DNA of 64,000 nucleotides from Thalia democratica (Eukaryota): positions 24,490,001-24,554,000 of the forward strand of contig OZ241829.1 in assembly GCA_965202585.1 (NCBI GenBank). The letters are read 5' to 3'. The notes below the pieces were generated by a model. That model was given only the letters and a program-made list of their open reading frames with translations. It was not told the DNA's origin and did no database searches. The translations under genes and the position numbers were made by a program. Of this stretch, positions 52,434 to 64,000 are shown in pieces. How positions within the stretch are numbered: the stretch's first letter is position 1; each line of letters opens with the position of its first letter.

Positions 52434-53066
52434 TTAAGTCAAAATTTCGAAATTTCTCAATCTGAAGCCCTCGGCGAAGGCGCGGTAAATAAAAATCACC
52501 CCGTTCAATAGTGACGTCACAACCGCCATCAAGTAAACGGAGAAAGTCACCCCCCTCCTCCACCGCCAGTACCCCTCCACCCACCTTCCCCCTTCCGCCA
52601 CGAACCACAGTGCGAAGGCAATGGACCCGAAGAAGGAGACCCACGCCCACGTGCGGGTCTCATCCGCCAGGCGGCGCTCGTAAGCGACGAAAACGCCGGC
52701 GCAGAAGAGGAGGGCGAAGGTAGAGAGGAGGAAGAACCTAACTTCCAGGTAGTTTCTGTGGTAACTCTGGAGAATGGTGAGGATGAGGACGACGAGCGAG
52801 AGGAAGCCGTTCAGCAGGTTGACTTTTCCTGTAAAAAGAAATATTTTTTGTTTATTTTAAGAGGTTGACTTTTCCTAAAAATGTAAGAATATTTTTAATT
52901 TTGTATACTTTAAGAGGTTGAATTTTCCTGCAAACAAAATAATTTTTTTAAATTTAATATTTTATTGTGAATTGCAAGTTTGTATGTTTTCCATTTTATA
53001 TACTTTATTATATTTTTTGTGTTAGAAGTATGTACATAGAAACAACTTACTTGAGTATTCGGACAT
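52434..53066 (-). CDS. Small four-TM MARVEL-like membrane protein, paralogue 2 (~137 aa; coding frame not in ORF track)
   Basis: Exons 53066-53051 (ATG TCC GAA TAC TCA A|gtaagt) and 52828-52434: MSEYSRKVNLLNGFLSLVVLILTILQSYHRNYLEVRFFLLSTFALLFCAGVFVAYERRLADETRTWAWVSFFGSIAFALWFVAEGGRWVEGYWRWRRGVTFSVYLMAVVTSLLNGVIFIYRAFAEGFRLRNFEILT*. Shares EYSR, LNG, YER, TWxWVSFxGSI, LxNG and FxEG with paralogue 1. Confidence 0.85.
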
Positions 53067-56000
53067 AACTTTTTCTTCTGAAATTTAGTATAACATATCT
53101 GTCTAAAAAGTATTTTTTAGCTGTTATGTGCTTTCTACTTACACATTTATTAATTTTTATTAATAAATAATGTTTCACTTATTTAGAATTAATTTTATGC
53201 AGACTAGAGCTTTTAAAATCAAATCGAAGTACATAACGAAAAAAATCTCTTATAAAAATGACTACAGCAAGTATTAATAAATCTCCTAAAATTTTGTTTA
53301 AAAATAACATTAAATTAATATATTTTTCAAAATATTTTTATAGTGTAAACATTTTTTCCGTCTGCTTTATATACTTATGTGTATTTGCAATTCAAAATAT
53401 TCAATAGCGTATTAATGATGCAATTAAGTGCTATAAGACTTCAATAGTCTGTATTTTGTGATCAATACAAGAAGTATTTCTCAGCCAATTTAATTACGCA
53501 ACTTCAAATGATTCTTGTAACAATGCTCTGTGAAGTATGCTTTTTAATACTTATTTTGTCTGGAAATTTTACAAAAGTAAAAAAATAATATTTTTGAACC
53601 ATTTGATAGCTTGACACTGTTATAAGTATTTCATAGCAAAAAATTTGATTTTATAAGTGAATGAAACGGAAACTTTAGGATATTACTTGTACAACTTTTA
53701 CGACATAACTGGCTTCCGTAACTTTTTATTAAAAAATACAACTAATTTAAAATCAGGGTCAAAAAGAAGATATACTGTACAAACATTTCAAAACTGTACT
53801 ACAACATTTTGTTTTTAAAACTAAAAAAATTGAAATAGTCGTTATTAGAAACTTCACAATACGGAAAACTAAATAAGAATTTAAAACAATTTATTTGTTT
53901 AACTAGTTTTTTTCTTCAAAAAACATTTAAGCTTTAAAAATGTTTAGTTATAATCATAATGACGATTGTAGAGTTTGTAACAATGCAAAAATAAAGCATG
54001 AGTAAACTGTTATTTGGTACATGCTATTTATAACTTTAATTATTAGCTTAAATACATTATAGATGTACTGTACTGATGCTTTTACATTTTGGAATTTTAT
54101 CATAGTTAGCTTTAAAAAAAAGTACATACTTCTCCTTTTCTAAAGTTGTTTAAAAACTGTACTGTGAAAGTGATCAGTTTTAATAACCATTAAAACAAAA
54201 ATAAAAATCTATTGTAGTTACATAACAGAAACAGTACTTGTAACAGTTTTTTTTTTTTAACTAACACATTAACATTTACTTAAAACAAGATATAAGCCTA
54301 AGGATAAAAACACCAAAATATTCTATACATATAAAAGTTTGACAAATTCAAATTATTCAAATATTAGTAGTTCAAATATTTTTTCAACTCTTGATTGTAA
54401 TATCGAATATACATACACTTATAGAAAATTCGAACATGTACTGTTTAAATGTTTACAATAAGTAAAAAAAAAGGTTGAAACCATACTTTTTATTATCCTA
54501 ACAAATTTGTATCGTCAGTATCTGCTATAGCTTAAAATACAATAAGCAAAATAAAAAAACATATATATAATTAAAACAGTCGATTTTATTTTTCAATTTT
54601 TGTCATTTTTTAAGATTAATTTTCAATAATTAAAAAACCACTACTAGAAAAAGCATATACTAAAGTAAATAAGCTAAACCAATAATTCAATATTTAAAAA
54701 AATATCACTCAAAAAAAGTTCAAAACTTAAGAATTTTCTTGTTTTATATAAACTTTGTTTGGGTAAGTGCTAATGATCATTTTAAAAAAGTATCAGATAA
54801 TTTTTTTTAAGTATAATGTAGTAACTAAACTAGCTTATACTAGTAAAAATAAATCCGACTATTTCAACATCAAAAGTAAGTATGTTTGCAAGTATTCAAT
54901 GGAATTGTTATCTACAAATTCGCTTGTCTAGTCGTTAGGAGCATCTCCTACGTATGATCTTAATATTTATTAAAGTTAAAGACCATAGAAGAAATTACAA
55001 TACATTGTGCAAATTTTATCAGTTGTTCAATTGCAAACCAGCTTGAATATTGTGAGCGATTAAAAAATTAAAAACCAATTTAAGCAGATTAGATTTTACA
55101 GTTTTGAAAAAATCTTCAACTAAATCTAAGCACTCAGACCCATAAAATAGAAAAAAAAAATTTTTAGCCATTCAGTAATTAATATGTAGTCTTGTTTACA
55201 TTTAACATAAAATATGTGTTGTTTTTTTAAAATTTTGTTAATTTACACCTCTTAATAGTAAAAAAAAACATTTCTATATTACTCTAACTTTATTTATCTC
55301 TTGATAAGGGTATTAAGTTTAAAACCAAAAAGTTTCCTTATAAATAAAAATAAAAGCGATTTAAAACTAAGTTAATTTGTATAATTTTTACAAGTTTTAA
55401 ATCGTAAATAGCAGTACAAAAACCTTCTTAAGTAAGAGAGTATTAAAAATATTACTATACTTAAATAGTGATAATGAAAACATATTTTTATTCATTTAAA
55501 ACTATTCACTTAAAAGCTATCGTTTTATTTTAATAGTTTTTTACGCTAAGTTTCAAAACATTTGCTAAAAGCTAGCTTAGTAAAAAATTTAAACGAAAAT
55601 AATGTATTTTAAATTAATCCTTAAAAAAAAATATTTTTTCTTTATACTGTAATTAACTTGTAACTACTTTTGATATTTAACTTAATTAAACCCTTTTAAA
55701 AATAGTTAGTTTTCTTATGAAAAAACATACTTTGGAAAACTTTCAAAGAGTTCGATGATATTTTTTTTTACCTGTAGCTTTTAAGAACTAACCAAATTAA
55801 TTTAATGATAATTTACTTAAACCTAATGGTTCTAAAGTCAGCTTTGTTAAAAGCTTAGCATTTAATAGGTATTATGTTTTGAAAATTCTTTTTTTAGTCT
55901 CAAATTCTGATTCTCGTTAAAACTATTTATACAGATGTTGCTAACTTCTGTTTGAGTCACCGAAGTTTGTTGAGATTTAAACAAAGCTATTACTGATCAA

Positions 56001-57770
56001 TATTCCTTTTCTTTATAAAAAAAAGTATTATTTCTAATATTCATAAAAGTAAATATCGGACATCGCTGTAAATTATTTTCTTTAAAACAACTAAAAATTA
56101 CCATATAATGTCTTTTAAAAATTTCCACTATATTATTTAAATTAAGTTCAAAAAATTACATGTTAAAACAAATATAAAAACTAAAGTAAAACTATACGTA
56201 AAATATTACGGCGTTTATAAAATTTTAGTAAACGTTTAGTAAAACTTTAATAAAAGTATTTTGTATTACAGAAGATGTTATAAGCCTGTCATAACTTCGT
56301 ATTGGATATAAATAGCTAAAGAAAATGGCATTTGCTAAAAATTAACTAAGAATTAAAAAAATAATAGTATAAAGTACAATTAACATTATTAGTTTAAAAT
56401 ATGAAGTTTTTTGTCACGAAATTACAAAAAATAAATTAGAAATTATTACGAATTATTAAGCTTCACAGAGCATCTTAAAAATTTTCTTAAGTTTATCTAA
56501 ACATCTGAAAAAAAACAATGTGCACATTTCGCGAAACCTAGTTATAAACGTTTAAATATCAATCTAATATGAGCTTTCAAACAAGCTTGTAAAATAAACT
56601 AAACTCATTTTGTACTTATATTATTTTCTTATACAAATCATTAAGTGTACTTCAAAAATCTAACGGTGCTCGTTTTAAGATGTTAGAGTGTAAATCAGTC
56701 AAAAGACAAACAGAGTCTACTTTGCATACTTAAAACTTGTTCGGAGTAAGCTTTGAATTTCTTTGCGTTCTGGTGCATATGAACTATGATATTTTATATA
56801 TTGAAGATTACAATTGTTTACTAATCTAATATATTTAATTTAACGGTGAACAAAAGATTTCAAAAAGTTAAATAAACCAAATGGAATCTAAAATGTACTC
56901 AATTCTAGCAACAACGCTAAACTGTAAAAAAAAACTTTAATTTTAATAGGTTTTTTAAAACAACTATTTGCATTTTCGTACATTATGCACTATGTCTTTT
57001 GTTTTAATTTGAACTTTTGTGATCGAACGAACTTATTTTAGTCAGCAGCTTGATGACTATATACTATATCAGAAAATCTCGAAATGTTTTAAATACTACT
57101 TGAGTGTGAAACAATATAGCTTGTCCAACAAAGAAAGAGCTGTTCAAAAATTTAAAAGACTTGGTTTAAAGAAAAAACTTTTGAATAAAGTTTTGAACCC
57201 ATCTAAAGAGCTACTTAACATAAAATCAAGCGAGAAGCTAAAAAAAAAGTCAATTTAAAGACTGTAGTTTTTTGATTGTTAGTAAAAAACACGCTGATGA
57301 ATACTAACCACTATTTTAGATTCACCATTACCAAAATTTAACTATATTTATAACATCTGCAATTCTATATTGCAATACAGTATACATTTGTAAATGTTAT
57401 GAAATTGATCTATTTTAACGCATAAGTGTTTACAAGCTTTGTTTCAGATAAACGGTCTGTTTATTATTAATAATAAAAGCTCTTATTGCAACATACAGTA
57501 TAAGTGCGTTATAACAAATAAAATTTCCAATTATGTAAAAATTTTGAACATTAGAATATTTTTTGATTAGTGTTTACAAGTTTTTTAACAAATACTTAAA
57601 CTTTAATTTAGCAAAAAAAGGAGTCTTTGGAAAATATATCCTTTATTGAGAATTTTATTCACTGAATAACAACATTACGTTTACGAATAAAAAAAACAGT
57701 TAATAAAATGCAGTACAGTTAATAAATACAGTATAAAAAACGATATATATATTGCAAAAAGTTTAAGATG

Positions 57771-60700
57771 TTATTCGTTGATTTTTTCTTGCTTTTTAAC
57801 ACTTGTGTTCATGTAATCGACTATTAGCTTGAGAATGGAGAAAATCTGCAAAAAATTTAGTATTCTTGTAATTTCTTGTAGTTTAAAAACTAATGATTTA
57901 AATTTTGTTATTATATCAAAAACACTTTCAAAGGCTGTTGCAATAACTCAGTTTAAGTAACTTTGCTACAACTGCTTTATATCGTTATTGATGATGAATA
58001 AGTTTTTTGTTTTTTAAACTTTATCAAAGTTAAAAAAAAACAGTGTTAAGTTTAAAGTAAGTTGAAATTACTTTGCTTTGATCATTAGTTTTAGAAATAC
58101 TTTAAGAAAATCTAAACTTTATGAGTTTGAAATTAAAGTTTTAGTTTTACTTTTCACAAACCATATTTTTCTTAGTTCACCTAATAAACTCAAATTGAAA
58201 ACATATAAATATATCTAGCAGCACAGTACAACTTAATTTAGCACTGACTTGTATTTTTGGCATGTTGAACAAAACTTTTCTGACGTTTCCAGAATCAAGC
58301 TGAGTGAGAACGACCATCAGACATTTTCTACAACCTCCGAATGTCACCATTTGGTCGTAATTTATTTTTTCTATCGTTTGCTATCGATAATTAGTTTACT
58401 CAGTAGAAATAAAAGTAGTAAGACTGTAGTATACAAAGCTATAAATTTTATATTAAACAAAGTTATTTTAATTTGAAAACTTAAAACGTACAGTAATAAA
58501 AATAACCAACGTTTTTTTAATTTTCAAAAAGTAAAACCTAGCTTTAAATATCTGTTTTGATATCCTATTTATGTACTTCTATTTTGCAACTAACCATAGT
58601 CTTGTGATGCAAAATATTAAGACAGCTTTCTTCGACAGCGAGCCAGACAGAGTCACCTTTGCTTTTACCATTTGTTTCGATCTGGATATAAAATTAACTT
58701 TGTTAGTAATAGAAAAAACGCTGGATATAACTTAGTACAAAAACCAAACTTTCAGCAATGAATCATAAAAAAGTGCTGCAAAATGATGAACTTAAAACAC
58801 TACAACTTACTTTAGCAGCATAGAAAGTAGCATCGCACAGAGGCCACTTTCTCACCACGTTGAGAAAAGTCCTCACGCATTCGGCCCTGGAAGTTTGCTT
58901 GAGGTTCGCCCACTTTTCTTCTACCTTTTCTCGTTGTTGCCTGTATTTATTTTTCACTATTACAGCACTGTTTTTTTCTAAATATTTTTTAAAATAACTT
59001 CCCACTATTTGATAAAATAGTCTCAGTTTTTTAAACTTATCTATCAAATCATTAAATGTCAATTTTACGGTTTTTCTTAAACAAATACACTCTACATTAT
59101 ATGTATTTAGTAAATAATTAACTTGTATGTTTACATGTGAAACCTACAAACTAAACATTGAATAATATAACTAGTTACTTACTAGTTATTAAATAGAACT
59201 AACTTTGAGCAAGATTTTCCCTTGGTGTCGCGATACCGGGCCGGGAATATTCTGTTTATGACGTCATTCAAACCCTGCGACGACTTGCTCTTGCACGGAC
59301 CGAGCACAATTTGGGCTGTCAGCGCAGTGACCTCGATGGCCAGGTCTCTCGTTATTGGAAATCTGTCTTTTGCAATTTTTTCGCCAATCTGTAAAATATA
59401 ATACTCGTTAACGTGTTTATAAGCAATTATATTAACTCAAGCTGCCAAAAATTTTGTTAATAATATATAAGTTTATTGAACAAAAGAAAAAGTTTTAGTC
59501 CAATGACCTGGTGTACAAAAAAACTTTCGGTTATTTAGTCATGCACCAAGAATACAATTAAAAGTTTTATCCATGACACAATAACTAAGTTACTTAAAAT
59601 ACCTGGTAAACTATGAGCAGTTTTTCGAAGCTGGTTTCCAGCGGCCTGTGTGCTCTGAAGCAGAGACGCCTGCGAAACATGAACTTGGGCTGAGTGGTCG
59701 CTTCGGCTATCCGGTGGGTGGCAATGTTTTCCCACGCCGACATCACATCGCACACCTGTGTTATGTATAAGTTTTATTCATTTGTTTTTAATTCTGTCAA
59801 TATAGTAAAATAATTACACTGCCTGTGTAAGAAACTCTTTCTGATATTCTAAGACTTGTATAACGCGAAGACGTCTTTAAAGTAACAGCTAGATATTTTT
59901 AAGGATGTTAAAAAAATTAAACAGGTAAAAAAAGAAGCTTAAAATGTGTACACATTTTTAACGGTAGCAAAAACTATAAAATACTCTAGTATTTTACGAA
60001 TCTTATTACCTTTGTTTAAACTAGGTGTTAAGTAAAGAGTATATAACTTTATACAATCAAAAAAAAATTTAAACTCTTGGATGACTTTAACTGAAACTCT
60101 ACGATATTGTTAAGTTTAAAAGACTATTTTACTGTAGAGAGCATCAGTTAAAAAACGTTACAAAGACAATATTTTTTAAAGTTCACTACCTTTACGTGGG
60201 GATGAATGTAGTGCTGCAGTTTGCATCCGGGTTCGTTGACGAACAGTGAGAATGAAGTGTGGCTGAGAAATCCGCACTGATCCGATATGGAGCCGATCAG
60301 CTCACTTATCGTAGTTGATCCGTGGAAGCCGATTACCTGAAAGTAAAAAATAAAGTGTTGTTGTTGATGAAAAGAAGAGTTATGTAATTAAAATGTTGTA
60401 ACTGTGAGACTGCAATGTTAGATTTAATATGATGATCGTATGCTTATATTCAAAATTAAAGCTTTTTAAAAAACAGAGTTTAAACTGAATCTGGAATCAA
60501 AGACAAATATAATCGGTTAGTTTATGAACACTATAAGAAATACAAACCTTTAAAAACTTGGAATTTTTAACTTGTAATGATATAAGCTTTTAAAGTTTAC
60601 TGTTATAAAAGTAAATTATTTCTTTCCTCAGCAAAATTATAATTTTGGCTTTGGATAAACTTGAAGCATTTATTTTATTAAAGAAAACCAGTAGTTTCTT

Positions 60701-63665
60701 TTAGTAAAGTGATTTAGTAAAGTGATAAAAACTTTATTTTTAAATTCTCAAAGAAATATGTTTAATAACAATTCTTCAACAAAAAACACTTCAACAGTAA
60801 AATATAAACAGCTAAAAAAAATTGCCACATCCAACCTTGAAAACTGACAAAAGTACTTTGCTAAACAGTAATTAATTGTCTTACGACAAAACTCTTTTCA
60901 TAAAAATCAACGAACCTTGTAGGATGAGTCGGCAAAGTGGACGGGGAGGCTGAGGGGGAGTGAGTGGTTGAAGGGGTTGCTGAGAAGGATGGACCTCGCC
61001 TCCGATCGGGAGGGAGCACAGGATCGAGGACCGGCAATCAGGAAGCGGTCCGAAGCGCGCTGGCAGTAGATGGCGTACTGGCCCACCTGGCTCCTGTGTG
61101 ACGTCATAGTAATAAGTTTATACTACAAATTTGAATAAAGTTGTTTAAATAAGCGTTTTTTTATTTTCAAGCAAACTTTGTATAACAGTTTGTTTATATG
61201 TTAGTAGTGTATTCAAAATTTTAGTGCAAACGTTTTTAAGTTATAAAAACTAAAATTAAAGTATGTACAATGCTTGTATTAATGCTTAAAATAGACATTT
61301 GGATGAATAAACGCAAGCATTTGCTTAACTTACTTTGAGTCCGCATGGAAGTTGTAATGTAGTTTCAAAAGCTTTTTCAGTAAAATATTCGGCTCGAAAA
61401 CAGATATGAGCAGTGCTAGAAGTTTCCACGCCTAAATGAAAAAAAAAAGTAATTTAAAATCAAAAAGTATATAAATGTATGCACTGTACACACAAACTTT
61501 AAAACAAATTCTTATTTTGATTTTTTAAAGTTTCTTTTAAAACTTGGTCAAGTGGTACAGACGGTTGATTAATTGATCAAAACTGTCTTGTGATGTTTTT
61601 TAACTTATAAGTTAAAACAATGCTCACCTGTAAGTACGGGGAACTCCTGTACAGCTTCTGGTCGCTTTCCTGGCGGTTGGTAAACCTGAACAGTTGGGCG
61701 AAGAGCTCGTTTTGCGCGTGCGGAAATTTCAAACACGTGGTGGCGACAGAGTGCACGAGAGCGATGTGAAAGTCGATGTTGCTCTGATCGAGTTCGTGTG
61801 TTACGAACTTCTGCACGCCCTGAAAAAAAAGTTGCACATTTGTTTGTGCGTATTAACAACATCTACTTGTATTTGTTCCATTAAAAATATTCTCGACAAA
61901 ATTGTTCAGTGTGCGAATTAGATTTTATTATAATTGCGATTAAAACGCTACGATTTATCATCACAGGAAGCAAAGCAACTGCAACGGATTTTTCATCACT
62001 GAACCCCATAAACTTCCTGTGGGCTCCGTACTACAGGCGCCGTGTCATATGACAAAAGTGACTGTGAAAACAAAAGTTGGCAGCCAGTTTTGTTTGAACA
62101 AAAACCAAGCTGCCACGGAGCTTGTTTATATTGTTAACTTAACCGAAAACTTTTGTGCAAACAAAATCGCGTTCTGAGAGTTTTTAAACTTACATTGCTC
62201 TTGTTTTCATGCAGAAAGCACTCGAAAGGCGCGCAAAGGACCATCAATAACCTGAACTGTTTTCATTGCAAACTGTTTATGTTTTTTTAAGCAAAAGTTC
62301 AGCCTGCTTGCTAACGAATTCTAACAAACGTTTTTTGGCAGCTTTAAATGCTGCAAACGGCTCTTTAAACCAACGGATGTTGGCATTTGATTTTTAACTA
62401 TCTGAACGTTTTTTATTACATTTGGTTTATCAAAAAATATTTTGTTTTGAAAGAGATTTTTTTTCTTACCTAATAAGTTAAAGTACTCTATCCACATATA
62501 AACAACTGTCATTCAAAACATTACGCAACCGGATATTAACACTTAACACTTAAACCAAAAAGTGACGTATTAGACATCTACAACATTACAAACCATACTT
62601 GTTGTAAAGAGTTGCTTTAACTACTTGACCGTAAAGTTTCAACTTAAAACAAACAAAAACTCACTACGAGTGATCGATTGCCCATAACAAAATTTGCGTT
62701 TTGCCAACTTTGTAATACAAGTATCAAAACTAAACTCACGCTCACGACTTTTTTCGTTTCCAGCTTCGAATCCTGGCTGCTCGAAGTGCTCAAGTGCTTG
62801 GAACAATCGCTTTCGGTAGAGTGCACCATAGCTGGCCATCGCAGCCATAAACTCCTGTCCTGATTGGCTGTTGGTTTCGAGTCGGCTTCGCTGATTAGCT
62901 GCAGCGCCGACTTGTCGAAGTCGGAAAGAACGATGGCTTCCCGCGATTGCATTTCCTCGAGAAACTTGACCTTTGAGTTAAACAAGTTTTAGTATATTTT
63001 GTTATTAAAACATTTGACTGAAAGTATTACACGCAGCAATGCATTTTTATAAGGGCCTGTATCAATTAGTTTTAGTTGAAACAAATGGTCGCATAATAAA
63101 AGTTAAAAGAACTGACCTTTAAACGAAGTTACGCCTATAAAGTACAACAGCTCTTTAAAAATAACAAATAACCTTTAGTCGCGAGCTTTAAAAGCAGCAA
63201 ATTTTATGCACAAGAGCAAACGGGTTGTCAAATTTAAATTTGCGCTCCGGAAGCAATAAAGGCTGAGGGCGGCGACAAACAAAAAGCTCGTAAACACGAA
63301 AAGTTCTTATGACGTAACTATGAAGGCAGGTGCTGAGAAAAAGTTATAAAAAAACTAAATTAAACTTCAAACTTGCTTTGTTCACCTGCCAGCAGCTAAT
63401 TAAAAAGGCGCAGCTTTTATGCTTTTGCTCTATAAAAACGGTTACATTACAAGCGACTTTCAACGAGAAAGTTACAACTCACCTTGTCTTGTTTGTGGTT
63501 GAAACAAAATAGAACTTGGTGTGACTTGCTGGTTCCGACGTGGACGAACTGCACAAAGTTGCCCTCATCGCAACTTGGTATGCCCTCATTGCAACTCTCC
63601 TCGCTAACTGCTGGTTGCTGGTTGAAAGCGTACAATTTAAGGCTTACCCGCTGCAGCTTTTCCTC
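57771..63665 (-). CDS. PLEKHH: PLEKHH1/2 (MAX-1)-like PH-MyTH4-FERM protein, 3' part; 5' exons beyond window end
   Basis: Exons 63665-63483, 62970-62740, 61819-61628, 61431-61334, 61093-60916, 60336-60190, 59755-59603, 59388-59204, 58940-58811, 58681-58595, 58380-58249 and 57845-57771 are all phase-consistent. Motifs QNELFAQL, AWKLLAL, GQYAIYCQRA, ILLSNPFNHSLPLSLPVHF, IGFHGSTT, ECVRTFLNVVRKWP, VWLAV, VTFGGC and IVDYMN match PLEKHH1/2. Confidence 0.92.
59461..59555 (-). repeat. Stem-loop repeat, copy 4 (PLEKHH-like intron)
   Basis: The reverse complement reads ggtgcatgactaaataaccgaaagttttttttgtacaccaggtcattggactaaa..gttcaataaacttatatatta. Confidence 0.8.
61960..62120. promoter_or_regulatory. 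Possible intronic enhancer-like patch
   Basis: GC-richer non-coding patch with inverted ETS-type cores acaggaag (61963) and cttcctgt (62013), and a hairpin tggcagc..ttttgtt/aacaaaa..gctgcca (62078-62115). Motif-only evidence. Confidence 0.2.
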
Positions 63666-64000
63666 CTGAGAAACGATTTTATTTGAGTTTGTCTATTGTT
63701 TGATTTATTTTTATTACTTTTTATGTGGCTGTGTGTGGTTTCGTGAAATTTGTGTGAAATTTCTCACGTTTTTAAGAAATATCGTAATTAAATAGTTATT
63801 AAAGTTTTTTGAATCTTATAAACCTAAAGTTATCACTTTTCTTAATGAAATGAAAATAATACGCTAATTCTTTTAATTGTTAAGTAGAACAATTTTATTG
63901 CTGCAAATTAAAAAGAAGTATAATAACCTGAATTAAACTTTTAAAAGTTCACCTACAATATATGGCATAAGTTTTATATTAATTTTTTACCATTTAAAGT

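Noticed and set aside
52420-52723. Arg-rich plus ORF 52511-52723 (RKRRKRRRRR, protamine/NLS-like) and minus ORF 52420-52650
   Set aside because: These are the antisense and off-frame shadows of the MARVEL-like paralogue 2 exon, which has splice sites and homology support.
54936-54950. taggag-cat-ctccta hairpin
   Set aside because: A 6-bp stem is expected by chance in 64 kb.
57019-57258. 79-aa Lys-rich plus ORF
   Set aside because: AT-rich, non-ATG start, and no linkable exons.
61605-63669. ORFs 61605-61862, 61694-61921, 62639-62848, 62678-62863 and 63484-63669
   Set aside because: Alternate-frame or antisense to PLEKHH-like exons.

Overview
AT-rich animal (eukaryotic) genomic DNA with many short GT-AG introns. 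The Kelch pseudogene motif and gene content would fit an invertebrate such as a tunicate, but that is a weak inference. I rebuilt the gene models by hand from splice signals, exon phase and recalled family motifs; no database search was run. Six multi-exon genes are supported: (1) a highly divergent forkhead/winged-helix gene (minus, 2323 to beyond the left edge); (2) a formin with FH1+FH2 but no recognisable GBD/FH3 (plus, 16515-25420); (3) a divergent NUF2-like kinetochore gene (minus, 35141-29009); (4, 5) a tail-to-tail pair of small four-TM MARVEL-like paralogues (50172-51774 plus; 53066-52434 minus, whose coding frame is absent from the ORF track); (6) the 3' part of a PLEKHH1/2 (MAX-1)-like PH-MyTH4-FERM gene (minus, beyond the right edge to 57771). 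Also present: an orphan frame with one in-frame TAG (13294-14067), a frameshifted intronless Kelch pseudogene, a decayed and duplicated coiled-coil locus, hAT-type MITEs with target-site duplications, foldback elements, inverted 32-bp tandem arrays, and a dispersed stem-loop repeat with apparent covariation. Most notable are the altered forkhead recognition helix, duplicated decoy splice acceptors in both MARVEL paralogues, abrupt exon-to-exon GC3 switching, and the structured repeat. No prokaryotic features, CRISPR arrays, rRNA or tRNA genes were seen.
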